Shown piece by piece: positions 52,037 through 62,620 of a DNA stretch of 64,000 nucleotides. Position 1 is the stretch's first letter, and every line of letters starts with the position of its first letter. Source of the stretch: a virus (Duplodnaviria; Heunggongvirae; Uroviricota; Caudoviricetes); IMG/VR virus record IMGVR_UViG_2711768056_000005, one strand, 5' to 3'. The notes beneath the pieces are model-generated. The model was not told where the DNA came from and ran no database searches. It was given only the letters and a program-made list of their open reading frames with translations. The position numbers and the translations under genes are program-made.

Positions 52037-52254
52037 AAATCCCCCTGAACGTCGGCAGAGAAGGGGAGGTTCCAGTAACTAAGTGAATTGCGCGAGTTAG
52101 TTGAAAAACGGGCAGTAAAAATGCAGGGGCCATCAGGCAATTGAGAGCGTGCTTCGTCTTCTGTTGCTGCGATGACGAAGTGATAGTGGTGTTTTTTACA
52201 GGAATAGAAACGCCAGATGAATTCTTGGCGTGCGCAAGGATTGGCATTAACCAT
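52033..52254 (-). CDS. icd: Icd (73 aa), small protein translationally coupled to ant
   Basis: 73-aa ORF MVNANPCARQEFIWRFYSCKKHHYHFVIAATEDEARSQLPDGPCIFTARFSTNSRNSLSYWNLPF; size and position as recalled for P1 icd. Confidence 0.7.
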   Translation of the reverse strand: MVNANPCARQEFIWRFYSCKKHHYHFVIAATEDEARSQLPDGPCIFTARFSTNSRNSLSYWNLPFSADVQGDL

Positions 52255-52289
52255 AGTTACGGCCTCACAATCAGGTTTAACAACCTGCT

Positions 52290-52400
52290 ACCCGCTGCTA
52301 AACAGGTGGCAGGACGTGACGGGGTTAGCAGACTGGCGATTGTGAAACCAGCAGGCCGAAGCCTCCCCATCACGCCCCACCATAATTTGGGCGTAACGCG
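52290..52400 (-). ncRNA. c4: c4-like antisense repressor RNA region of the immunity module
   Basis: Non-coding stretch between the operator at 52569 and icd; GATTGTGA at 52338-52345 is complementary to TCACAATC at 52265-52272 beside the icd RBS. Boundaries not determined. Confidence 0.4.
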
Positions 52401-52568
52401 GTTTTACGGACACAAAAATACCGCAATATCGGATATCTGCGGCTGTCCGCACAATCATTCAGGCTGCTAAACCCGGTCGCAGAATTTGCTACGACGGCGA
52501 AACTATAAGCCTGAACGATTAAAAGGTCAATATGATGCGAAAAGATAGCATTCGCGACTTAAAAATAC

Positions 52569-52585
52569 AAATTTATTAGAGCAGG
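52569..52585 (-). promoter_or_regulatory. C1 operator match (15/17) upstream of the c4-icd-ant operon
   Basis: Minus strand reads CCTGCTCTAATAAATTT. Confidence 0.6.
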
Positions 52586-52866
52586 TGAGTGTCGTGCAAT
52601 AGATGTATTATTTGTGATGAAAAATAATGCAGAGGGATATTGTTACTTTAAGATGGATATCAATAGTCGATACATAAATTAAGTTAGCAATAAACTATTA
52701 ACTTAAGAAATAATGCAGGTGGTGAACTTATCTCTGACTTTTCAGCTATACACAATAAGTTAGGGATAGCTTATAAAAAGTTGATTATTTGATATAAGTC
52801 AATGGGAGTATTCTTGTTTACTTTCCGTTCTCGTGGTAACTTCTCGCCGGTTTTTGTTTTTCTGGG

Positions 52867-53388
52867 ATGATTCTTATGTCTAAAAAGTATACTTTATGCG
52901 CTCTTGTTGTATCTGCAATTCTTCTTTCTGGGTGTCAATCTAGCGGTGCTGATTATGCTGCCGATGTTTATGATACCGCTCAATTGAATTCGAAGCAGGA
53001 AACAAAGACAGTCAATATTATCTCTGTGCTTCCTGCTAAAGTGAAAGTTGATAATAAAGCTAATAAAGAAGCGGCACAGACATTTGGTGCGGTACTGGGA
53101 GCTGTTGCTGGGGGCGTTGCCGGTTATAATGTTAAAGGCACATCGACACTGGGTGCTGTAGCTGGCGGTACTGGTGGTGCGGCTCTTGGTGCAGCGGCTG
53201 GTTCTTTGGTTAGTGATAAAACAATTGTTGAAGGTGTTTCACTGACTTATAAAGAAGGAACTAAGGTGTTCACTTCAACTCAAGTTGGTAAAGCATGCCA
53301 GTTTACAACGGGGCTTGCTGTGCTTATTTCAACTAAAGATAATGAAACTCGAATTCAGCCAAATGCTACTTGTCCAGAAAAGAAATAA
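52867..53388 (+). CDS. Glycine-zipper lipoprotein (173 aa)
   Basis: Lipobox ILLSGC, then GAVLGAVAGGVAGY...GAVAGGTGGAALGAAAGS glycine-zipper segment. Confidence 0.55.
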   Translation: MILMSKKYTLCALVVSAILLSGCQSSGADYAADVYDTAQLNSKQETKTVNIISVLPAKVKVDNKANKEAAQTFGAVLGAVAGGVAGYNVKGTSTLGAVAGGTGGAALGAAAGSLVSDKTIVEGVSLTYKEGTKVFTSTQVGKACQFTTGLAVLISTKDNETRIQPNATCPEKK

Positions 53389-53391
53389 TTT

Positions 53392-53931
53392 ATGAATAAA
53401 ATTATTTTATTTCTAATCTTTTCTACGTTTAGTGTAGGCACTGCCTTGGCTAACTCGTTGCAAAGTCAAATTGCTGCTATTGCTCAGGCGGAAAATGAAG
53501 GGCGAGCTAAAGAGCAGCAAGCTGAGGATGCCAGAAAAGAACTTATTCGCCAACAAGCACAAGCTGAACGTATTAGAAGAGAAAAAGCAGCATCTGCCGC
53601 TGCTGCACGCGAAAAACAGCGTGTTGCTGCAGAAAATGAACGTAGAGCGAAACGAGAAGCCGAGCTAGCAAATGACAAGAAGCGAGATCAAGCTTATGAG
53701 GATGAGCTTCGCAAGCTGCAACTCGAAAGCATGAAACTCGAACTGCAAGCAAAAGCGGCTCGTGTCCAGCGAGAAAACGATTTTATAGAGCAGGAGTTGA
53801 AGGAGAGAGCAGCTAAGACAGATGTAATTCAGTCTGAGGCTGATGCAAATAGAAATATTTCTACAGGAAGTAAAGATTTACTGCAAAGCGAAGGAAAAGC
53901 TAGAGAGAAGAAAGCTAGCAGTTGGTGGTAG
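53392..53931 (+). CDS. Secreted Lys/Ala/Glu/Arg-rich coiled-coil protein (179 aa)
   Basis: N-terminal signal peptide then low-complexity charged repeats; starts 4 nt after the lipoprotein gene. Confidence 0.5.
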   Translation: MNKIILFLIFSTFSVGTALANSLQSQIAAIAQAENEGRAKEQQAEDARKELIRQQAQAERIRREKAASAAAAREKQRVAAENERRAKREAELANDKKRDQAYEDELRKLQLESMKLELQAKAARVQRENDFIEQELKERAAKTDVIQSEADANRNISTGSKDLLQSEGKAREKKASSWW

Positions 53932-53970
53932 TAATCACTACGATTGCGAGCATACTGTCACAAATGACAA

Positions 53971-54578
<608 letters not shown>

Positions 54579-54588
54579 GGGAGCTGAT

Positions 54589-55200
54589 ATGGGGTTTAAT
54601 GTTGCTTCAGTAAAGTCTTATGTATCTTCGGCATTAACGACGACATTATTTGGCTCCGGCGTTGGTGAGCGGGAAGTTGGTAAGCTGACGTCAATCATCA
54701 TGAACAAAATGCTGTTCGCGCAAGGATGGCAGTTCTCTGTCGAAGTTGATGGACTGGAGGGGGCAGACTTCTTTGCCAAAGATATTACCTACCACGATTA
54801 CAGCATCGAATATGAAACGATTAAAATCGGCGGAGGGAATATCCTTCAACCAACGGAGCGTTCGCCAGGGCAGATAACAATGATGGTCAGGGATACCGTT
54901 GATGGCCTCGTTTTGGACTGGTTTAAGACGGCAAAAAGTCGGGTGATCAATCCTGACGGCACCGGGAACATACCATCTAAATATTTGCTCAATGTGCGTA
55001 TTTATCGGTTGCTGTCTTCCGGTTTAACCAAACTGGAAAATGAGATGACGGTATTCCCGGTCACTACCGGCGATGTCACCTATGCGCGAGATCAGGTTAC
55101 GGAATTTAAGTCATTCCCAATGACCTTCGCATTGCACAGCACGTTTAACCAATCCTCAAGTTCTTTGGCTTCCCTTCTGGGCTTTAGTTTTTCTCTTTGA
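54589..55200 (+). CDS. Putative tail tube or baseplate structural protein (203 aa)
   Basis: RBS GAGGGAG; beta-rich composition. Confidence 0.4.
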   Translation: MGFNVASVKSYVSSALTTTLFGSGVGEREVGKLTSIIMNKMLFAQGWQFSVEVDGLEGADFFAKDITYHDYSIEYETIKIGGGNILQPTERSPGQITMMVRDTVDGLVLDWFKTAKSRVINPDGTGNIPSKYLLNVRIYRLLSSGLTKLENEMTVFPVTTGDVTYARDQVTEFKSFPMTFALHSTFNQSSSSLASLLGFSFSL

Positions 55201-55214
55201 ATTAAGGAGCAAGG

Positions 55215-56096
55215 ATGCTTTTACCCCTTTTTCCGCTACCATCGCGGCCAACTGAATTGATCCAGTTCCGTCAGCCAAATATTGCTGATGCGATGCGTTT
55301 CAACTCGATAACACCGGAGGAACAAGAACAACAGACAACGGCGTATTTAAAAGCCTTGCTGGCTGAACCCGCGAAACATGATCCCCTGACATGGACGGCG
55401 CAGGACCGGATTACCGCGTTATGGTGGATATTTACCGGCTCCCGTGAAACACCGGTCGAGACATTCACCTACACCTGTAAACATTGCGGTAAAGAGCATT
55501 ATTACGATTGCGATATGAATGCTCTGGCTGAAGATATCCAGGTCCTGGAAGTGGAACCTTTCATTGACGATATTGAGGTGTCTGTAGAGGGAGTGCCTTA
55601 TCAATGGCGTATCGTGCCGCTTGATGGTTGGGCAATGGAAATGCTGGAGATGCGCCGTGCAGCATTGCCACCTGAAGACGACGCGGAATTCAAAGAAGCG
55701 ATCGTTGATTTGCGTTTTTGGGAATTCGCTTATCAGTGTGAACTTTATAACGATGTTAGCGGTACTCGTGAAGAGCAGGCTGAGCGTCGTTATGAAACGA
55801 TCAAACGGATGGCCATTGATACTGAATTTATGAAGCTGGCGGCACACATCCGGCTGGCTCATGAAAAGCTCGAACATGGTTTACCGTGCTACATCGATAA
55901 AGGCGAAATGCGTCTTCGTCTCCCGCAGCACAAATGCCCAAACCAGGATACAAAGGAGTCCACAGAGGGTGCGTATACCCGTCTGTGGGTGCCCTTTCGG
56001 GCTACCGACTTCATTCCACAGGTGGGGATTGAAAAGCTATCAGACCTTAGTGTCCAACCTGGTTTTGTATGGGGGTATACCGATTCAGGACGCTGA
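55215..56096 (+). CDS. Tail-module protein (293 aa)
   Basis: RBS AAGGAG; contains CxxC pairs (CKHCG ... CPNQ). Confidence 0.45.
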   Translation: MLLPLFPLPSRPTELIQFRQPNIADAMRFNSITPEEQEQQTTAYLKALLAEPAKHDPLTWTAQDRITALWWIFTGSRETPVETFTYTCKHCGKEHYYDCDMNALAEDIQVLEVEPFIDDIEVSVEGVPYQWRIVPLDGWAMEMLEMRRAALPPEDDAEFKEAIVDLRFWEFAYQCELYNDVSGTREEQAERRYETIKRMAIDTEFMKLAAHIRLAHEKLEHGLPCYIDKGEMRLRLPQHKCPNQDTKESTEGAYTRLWVPFRATDFIPQVGIEKLSDLSVQPGFVWGYTDSGR

Positions 56097-56177
56097 AAGG
56101 CTCACTGAATCCTATGCGTTTTTCCTGTTGGAGAAACTGGAAGAAAAACTTAAACCGAAGCGGTAGGCGATAAGATC

Positions 56178-59100
56178 ATGGAAAGAAAAAACGCCAACAT
56201 TGACGATGTGATAAGGACGGTTGAAACCGCCAGCGCAAAAGAGCTGGAAGAGCTTGCAGGTATTCGGGAAGCCGTTGAAGATTTGAAAGGGGGGCGAGTT
56301 GCTACAGTTGATCCTGTCTCTCGCAGTGTGTCGGCATTAAATCGCACAATCGAAAATTCCCGGCCAGACTTTGTGGCCAATGCGCCATCTGTGGACCCTA
56401 TTGTTGAGGCAATGAAACGGCTTAATTTAGGGGACGTTTCTCGTGTAGTTCAGGAGGATGTTGCTCTACAGGAACCGCAGGCCAAATCAACTACGCGAAA
56501 GGGTAAAAAACGACGCAAGAAGGCTATAACAGAAGATGTAAAGGCGCAACGGACCGAAGCAGCCGAACACGCTCGCGAAATGTTCGGTCAAAAAGGCGGT
56601 GCGCAAAAAAGCCAAAACCAACGCGATGCGCGTGGTCGTTTTATTGGAAAGTCAGGGAGTAAGGCCGCAGCGGAAGAAGCCCGTGCTGAACGAGCAGAAA
56701 AGGCCAGGCGCAAAGATGATGATGAGCGTCTAAATGCTGAATCAGGTTTATTAAAAAAACTGTCAAAAGTAGCTGAAGGCATAGGTAACCCTTCAGAGAC
56801 TCGTGCCGTCGATGCTTTAGGTTATGCCGTTGCTGGTCCATTGTGGGCGGCAGGAAAGGAGCTTGGCGGGATATCAAAAGAAGTTGGCGGATCGCTTAAT
56901 GGTGCCAGAAAGTCAATTGCTGATGTGATTCGTGGTAATGACGATAACAGCCGTAGAAAAGGTTTTTTTAGGCGTAAATCGCAAAGTAGTGCCGATGTCG
57001 TTCAGGTTAACACCCAAAAACGGACGGTTCAGGAACTTCAGGATCAGACCAGCGAAATTAAAGAGAGCAATGACAAGATTCTCAGCGCCCTTGATCAGAT
57101 AGCCAAAAACACCGGGAAAAAGAAGGGCGGCTTGCTGTCCAAATTATTTAGCCTGTTAGGGAAGGGGGCCGGTGGTATTGCTTCCCTTATTTTTGGCCGT
57201 GGGGCACTAAAGAAAGTTGGCTCGATGGCACTCGGCGCTTTAGGTATTAAGGGGGTAGGGAAACTAGGGATTAAGGCGGTCGCAAAAGGCGCTTTACGTG
57301 CAATTCCGCTAGTCGGCACGGTGGCTGGAGGTATCTATGATGCGGTAACCGGTTGGAATGATATAGAAGCGCAACGCCGAGCGTTTGGGCTTAAAGATGG
57401 AGAAGAACCGTCTTTTCAGCAAAAAGCAGCCTATACGCTGGCTAATGTTCTCGATATGGGGGGGCTGGTATCTGGTATTAGCAGCGCCATTGGTGAGGTT
57501 CTCAAATCACTTGGATTTGAGGATATCGGCAATATGTTGCAATCATTTTCGACGGAAAATATTGCCCAGGCCATTGATAGCGGGGTTACCAACTTAGAAA
57601 CATATATTTCTAATCTTGGCGACACCATTTCTACCAAGTTCGATGATTACACAACAAAGATTGGTGATGCTATTTCTGCATGGTTCAGTGACACCACAAA
57701 GAATCTGAACGAAAAATTAGACGCCATCAAAAACTTCTTTACTGTCGATAACCTGAAACAGGTTTTCAGTGATGCAATTGATAGTGCAATTGATTTCATT
57801 AAGAATCCTGGGAAATACATTAAAGAGGCTGGCAGTAATTTATGGCATACCGTAAAAGAACATGCGGGCGAGGCAATGGATAAGACAGCAGATGCTGTTA
57901 TTCAGAGTACCCCTCTTGGCTTAGTTGCATCAACATTAGTCAATAAAGCGAATGCGAAAGAGGTCACGCCTGAATTAAAAACACCTGCTAAAGAAAGTCA
58001 GGAGAGGAATACTCCTAAGTCTGAAGATATCCCTAAAAAGGCTAATATTGTCACTCGTGTTGTAAATGCATCCCTGGATACGGCTCAGAATGGCAATAAA
58101 ACAGTTAAAGAGACAGCCAATCAGATAATCAATGCAAATGCCGTAGAAACAGGAAATAAAGCGGCACAAACAATTGATGCTGCTTTGGGCCAGTCTGCTA
58201 CAGGCAAGGAGGAAGCATTAAGTGCATATGAGATAGATAAACGTCGATTTAACAACGGCAAGGATGTTTCTTTGCCAAAATTAAATGCTGCCGGATACCA
58301 ATGGATTTCTGACAATGCCGATTATTTTGATGAGCTTGAACGTAAGTATAGGCTTGAAAAAGGGATTCTGTCGGCAGTTGCATCCGCAGAGTCTAGTGCT
58401 GGCCAGAGAACTGGAAATCCAGTAGACAAAAACGGAAACAAACTTTCATCTGCCCTTGGGGCTTTTCAGATCACTAAAGGTACAAGGGAGGATCTTGGAC
58501 TCAGCGATGCTGATGCCATGGATACACGAAAAGCAGCTGATGGTGCCGCCAGATACCTAAGTATGCTGATGAACCGTTATAACGGTGATCAGGGGCGTGC
58601 AATAGCTGCCTATCATGCTGGTATGGGGCATGTTGATAAGGGGAGAGTAGTCGCCGGTACCGGCGAATATGTGACTCGTGTCAGAGGGTATCAGCAGATG
58701 CTCAATAATGGTGCCGTCTATGGCTCTAAGGTAGATCATAGCGCACCAGCAATTTACGAAAAGATACCTGATAACGCCGTTATCGATCAGTCTACTGGTC
58801 TGGCGTTTACCCCTGGTGATAGCCCGTTTGAGAAAGGCGGTTTGGTAGACAAAATCGGTAATGCTGTTGGCGTTAACGATCTGGTCAACAAATTCATGAA
58901 TGGTCGGGGGATGCGTCGGGAAGTCGTTCAGGGAACCCTCGAAGAACGTGCACGAGGAAGGGGAACCGCAACGGCTGCTGGCAATGTGTATGTTGATACA
59001 CCTATGCCAGTTGAAGAGGCACGTCCGGTAGCAAACAACTCAAGTTACTTTGACCAACTCGGTGCACAAATGGGGATTGATGGGCTGTATGACAAACTCA

Positions 59101-59474
59101 TTAATGCCCGGGGAATGCGCTCAAATAACTCTCCTCAACCAGCCTCCACGTCCCAGGTGACGACTGCCGCCAACGATTTGCAGCAACCAACCGGTCGTAT
59201 GCAGATAGACGGACAGGTTATTAGTGACCTTGGCGGCTCCGGTGCTAAGCCGACAATGCAGTTGGCTGATAATACCGTTTCACTTGATGGTGAAACGAAG
59301 CGGCTGTTTGCGCAGATGACCTCATTGCTTGCCAGGATTGAAGAGCACACTAAAGACTCGGCGAAAGGCCAGGGAACTGTCGTAAAGGTCAGCACGCCTC
59401 AACCGGGCGTTATGCGCACGGTGCCACTGTCAATTGATGATCCGTTGATGAATGACTACGCGAGAGTTGATTGA
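56178..59474 (+). CDS. sit: Sit-like tail tape-measure/injection protein with soluble lytic transglycosylase domain (1098 aa)
   Basis: Very long ORF with Gly/Lys-rich low-complexity segments and an SLT-type domain (ESSAGQ...GAFQITKGT...AYHAGMG). Confidence 0.75.
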   Translation: MERKNANIDDVIRTVETASAKELEELAGIREAVEDLKGGRVATVDPVSRSVSALNRTIENSRPDFVANAPSVDPIVEAMKRLNLGDVSRVVQEDVALQEPQAKSTTRKGKKRRKKAITEDVKAQRTEAAEHAREMFGQKGGAQKSQNQRDARGRFIGKSGSKAAAEEARAERAEKARRKDDDERLNAESGLLKKLSKVAEGIGNPSETRAVDALGYAVAGPLWAAGKELGGISKEVGGSLNGARKSIADVIRGNDDNSRRKGFFRRKSQSSADVVQVNTQKRTVQELQDQTSEIKESNDKILSALDQIAKNTGKKKGGLLSKLFSLLGKGAGGIASLIFGRGALKKVGSMALGALGIKGVGKLGIKAVAKGALRAIPLVGTVAGGIYDAVTGWNDIEAQRRAFGLKDGEEPSFQQKAAYTLANVLDMGGLVSGISSAIGEVLKSLGFEDIGNMLQSFSTENIAQAIDSGVTNLETYISNLGDTISTKFDDYTTKIGDAISAWFSDTTKNLNEKLDAIKNFFTVDNLKQVFSDAIDSAIDFIKNPGKYIKEAGSNLWHTVKEHAGEAMDKTADAVIQSTPLGLVASTLVNKANAKEVTPELKTPAKESQERNTPKSEDIPKKANIVTRVVNASLDTAQNGNKTVKETANQIINANAVETGNKAAQTIDAALGQSATGKEEALSAYEIDKRRFNNGKDVSLPKLNAAGYQWISDNADYFDELERKYRLEKGILSAVASAESSAGQRTGNPVDKNGNKLSSALGAFQITKGTREDLGLSDADAMDTRKAADGAARYLSMLMNRYNGDQGRAIAAYHAGMGHVDKGRVVAGTGEYVTRVRGYQQMLNNGAVYGSKVDHSAPAIYEKIPDNAVIDQSTGLAFTPGDSPFEKGGLVDKIGNAVGVNDLVNKFMNGRGMRREVVQGTLEERARGRGTATAAGNVYVDTPMPVEEARPVANNSSYFDQLGAQMGIDGLYDKLINARGMRSNNSPQPASTSQVTTAANDLQQPTGRMQIDGQVISDLGGSGAKPTMQLADNTVSLDGETKRLFAQMTSLLARIEEHTKDSAKGQGTVVKVSTPQPGVMRTVPLSIDDPLMNDYARVD

Positions 59475-59830
59475 TGGCCAACAATAACGAAATTGATCCT
59501 TTACTGACGCTGGAGTTATCCGGCGTAAAAACGTATGAGTCCCAGGAGGAGGCCTGGGGCGCTCGTTTATATGAGTGGCTAAACACTTATCAGGGTGAGG
59601 TATACGGAGATCCGTCATGGGGCAATGTTTTACCGCAGTTTAAACACGAACCGACCAACTTGTCGCATGTTCAAATTGCGGTTGAGGCAATGCTTTTGCA
59701 AAAACTGACGGTAGATTTACCCGACATACCGATTTCTGGCTTGTCAGTAGCCGAGGGAGATGCTTTTGATAAGTTGAAAATATCCATTCGTATCAGGGAT
59801 ATAACTATCACACAGGACGTGGTGCTATGA
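59471..59830 (+). CDS. Putative baseplate wedge protein, gpW/gp25-like (119 aa)
   Basis: Size and position directly after the tape-measure-like gene; start overlaps the sit stop. Confidence 0.4.
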   Translation: MMANNNEIDPLLTLELSGVKTYESQEEAWGARLYEWLNTYQGEVYGDPSWGNVLPQFKHEPTNLSHVQIAVEAMLLQKLTVDLPDIPISGLSVAEGDAFDKLKISIRIRDITITQDVVL

Positions 59831-61260
59831 GTAAAACAACACCGACTAAAGACAGTATTCGTGCAGAGTTTGAAGAGCTTGTCGAGAAAGATTCATTCTG
59901 GTCGAAGTTTGTCGGCTCTCAATTTGTCTCGATGCTGATATTGTTTATTACCCAGATTGTGTACAGGTGTTTTCAATATGCCGATGCGGCGCTGGCTGAA
60001 GGCTTTATATCGACCGCGACGCGGCGTTCCTCTATCCTGGCTGCGGCAGAAACGAACAATTATGTTGGTACCAAGCCAACACCGTCATCGGGGATGATTG
60101 AGATCACCGCCACAAGTGAAGATGCCCCAGCGGTAATTCCCAAAAACATGCCTTTAATATCTGACGACCAGTACCCTTACATGACTATGGATGTATGCAG
60201 GTTGGTTGACGGCACCGGTACGGTAGAAGTGGCACAGTTGGAAATCCAAGAGGTGACATATACCGTTACGGCTGCCAAAGAATTTCTGGAAGTCGTGTTA
60301 TCAAAGGCTCTCACTGCTGTCTGCTATAAGCTGGAAGTATTCGTGACGACCGATGGTAAGACCACGCAGTGGTCTTCCGGCACAATGTTCCGGTTAGCTG
60401 GTAGTAAAAGCCAGGTCTACGTTGAGTTTTATAAACCATCCGAACAGTTGGGTGTCCGATTCGGCGATGGGCTAATTGGGCAAATACCGCCAGAAGGTTC
60501 GACAATTACGCTTAAGGTATGGTGCACCAACGGCGATATAACCCTGGTTGCTGGCCAAAACCTGACGCCTGTCGATTCTGCGGCTAATTTAGCTAATTTG
60601 ATTTCAGTTAAGACAACGACACCTATAACCGCAGGTACCGATGCTGAAACAACGGAGATCACACGTAACCGTGCACAATATTACCTTGCCTATGATGATC
60701 AGGTCGTATGGGGCGGGGACTATACGTATTTTCTGGTTCGTAACATCCCGGGGCTGTCCTGGGTAAAGGCATGGGGCGAAGGCCAGCAAGAGAAATTAGA
60801 TGGTGCTTATAATGTTCAGAATATCAATAAGATATTTATTTCAGGATGGCATCCGAATAAAAGTCAGTCAGAGCTTGAAGAAATGATCCTGACCGCCTTT
60901 AAGAAGGTGCCGAATGAGTTGAACAAGAAATTCTCGTATAAAGAGGTCAGAAAACTACCATTTAAGATAACCATCACCGGACGGATATCGGCAAGCCTGA
61001 CCATTGAGAATGTGACCGATGAGCTGAAGTCGGCACTGGAAACAAAATTTGGGCGCGATTCAACTTTCTTTGATCCGAACCGCGTCGGAAAGTACATCCT
61101 GATTAAGAAAAAAGACGTTTGGGCGTTTATCGAAACGCTGGGTTATTTCCGCGACTTTTATCTGGAATTTGTCGAGTGGAATGAGTCCAACGGCTTTTAC
61201 GATTTCGTTTATCTGGATACAGAAAACTCCACCTTTAATATTTCGTATGAGGAGGAGTGA
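59827..61260 (+). CDS. Putative baseplate protein (477 aa)
   Basis: Overlapping start/stop coupling with both flanking genes. Confidence 0.45.
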   Translation: MSKTTPTKDSIRAEFEELVEKDSFWSKFVGSQFVSMLILFITQIVYRCFQYADAALAEGFISTATRRSSILAAAETNNYVGTKPTPSSGMIEITATSEDAPAVIPKNMPLISDDQYPYMTMDVCRLVDGTGTVEVAQLEIQEVTYTVTAAKEFLEVVLSKALTAVCYKLEVFVTTDGKTTQWSSGTMFRLAGSKSQVYVEFYKPSEQLGVRFGDGLIGQIPPEGSTITLKVWCTNGDITLVAGQNLTPVDSAANLANLISVKTTTPITAGTDAETTEITRNRAQYYLAYDDQVVWGGDYTYFLVRNIPGLSWVKAWGEGQQEKLDGAYNVQNINKIFISGWHPNKSQSELEEMILTAFKKVPNELNKKFSYKEVRKLPFKITITGRISASLTIENVTDELKSALETKFGRDSTFFDPNRVGKYILIKKKDVWAFIETLGYFRDFYLEFVEWNESNGFYDFVYLDTENSTFNISYEEE

Positions 61261-62096
61261 TGCAGCGTTCCTGGTTTAATAACCGGCTTACATCAGCTAA
61301 GCAAAAGTCATTGCTCTATAAATCATTGGCTGATTTGGTTCAGTCAATGATGGACACCTTTGTTGACCCATGGTTGGAGCGAATTACCAACCGGAAGTCT
61401 ATTTTCTCCATGAGCAAGGAGGATCTGGAGACCAGGACAAATGAACTTGGCCAGTTCTTTACTATCAGAACCTCGAACTCATCTTCCGTTCCGATGTTGT
61501 TACAACAGCGGCTTGATGAGATCCACTTTAAGGGAACTGAACGTCCTATAAACCAGACAATTTACCGCGAATTTAACGGTATTTCTGTTTTATGGGATCC
61601 GATATATGCACCGGTGGACCTTGAGCGTCATCCCTATGGCACAGTTCTAATACCAGAAAGCACACTGGAGACTACCGGCGGCACATTCGGCGAGATGTTT
61701 CTGACTTCCAGAGGGATGATCAGTATTCCCATAAACGACCTGGCCCGGACAATGGGTATTACTGGCACGATAGATCAGTCCGCAATTACAGAAGAAATTC
61801 TCAGAAAGTTTAATCAGTTCGTAAAGCCTCTACTGCCACTGCATATAGTGTTTGATGGGCTTACGCTCTATTTGTCAGTTGTTGTAAATGAACAGGCCGA
61901 CATGATCACTTTGAACGAGATTTCTGATACCGAAAAAGCGTACTGCTGGTTTGAAACTTCGGATACAACTTCGCTTGCCGGAGTTACGTCGATTAGTGCC
62001 CCGATCACTGCAACGCCGGGCGGCACTATTGTGAAAGCAACGCCTACGTTTGATCGCTCCCGCGCAGATGATTTGCTGCTGGATAGCGATGCCTGA
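61257..62096 (+). CDS. Putative baseplate or tail-fibre-associated protein (279 aa)
   Basis: Coupled ORF upstream of the fibre genes. Confidence 0.4.
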   Translation: MMQRSWFNNRLTSAKQKSLLYKSLADLVQSMMDTFVDPWLERITNRKSIFSMSKEDLETRTNELGQFFTIRTSNSSSVPMLLQQRLDEIHFKGTERPINQTIYREFNGISVLWDPIYAPVDLERHPYGTVLIPESTLETTGGTFGEMFLTSRGMISIPINDLARTMGITGTIDQSAITEEILRKFNQFVKPLLPLHIVFDGLTLYLSVVVNEQADMITLNEISDTEKAYCWFETSDTTSLAGVTSISAPITATPGGTIVKATPTFDRSRADDLLLDSDA

Positions 62097-62174
62097 CAAT
62101 TACCCCGTCCGCAGGGCGGGGTGACAAGTTACTTCTCTTACAATGAGGCTTCACAACATTGATTAGGGAAAATC

Positions 62175-62609
62175 ATGTCTGACGTCTCAACAAATCTCTA
62201 TAAGAGTCAGTTGTTGGATTATTACTATCAGCGACGCGCTGAATCGTCCATTAACAAAGGCTCTCGATTTTTAATCAGCAAGGCCGTTTTCGGCACCAGT
62301 TCGCTGGTTACCAAAAATGAAGATGGTACTTATGACATTGGAGAACTGCCAAAGACTTTCGAGTTGGCAGAACTGACCAGTCAATTTTGCACCATCAACC
62401 TCGTCCCAACCTACTCTGGCGGGATAATTACTGTCCGAATGGACCTTGATCAAAGCCAGTTGCAGGAAGGGAAAAACTACCCATTCAACACTCTGGTTGT
62501 TCTGGATAACGAGAATAAGCCCATCGCAATTATTTGTGTTCAGGAAGACTCGCTGTATGTGGGAAAAACATATACCGCAGTTATGGCCATCAACACGACT
62601 ATAGCATAA
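62175..62609 (+). CDS. Putative tail-fibre-associated protein (144 aa); R-like by position
   Basis: ORF immediately upstream of the tail fibre gene. Confidence 0.45.
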   Translation: MSDVSTNLYKSQLLDYYYQRRAESSINKGSRFLISKAVFGTSSLVTKNEDGTYDIGELPKTFELAELTSQFCTINLVPTYSGGIITVRMDLDQSQLQEGKNYPFNTLVVLDNENKPIAIICVQEDSLYVGKTYTAVMAINTTIA

Positions 62610-62620
62610 GGATATGCTTG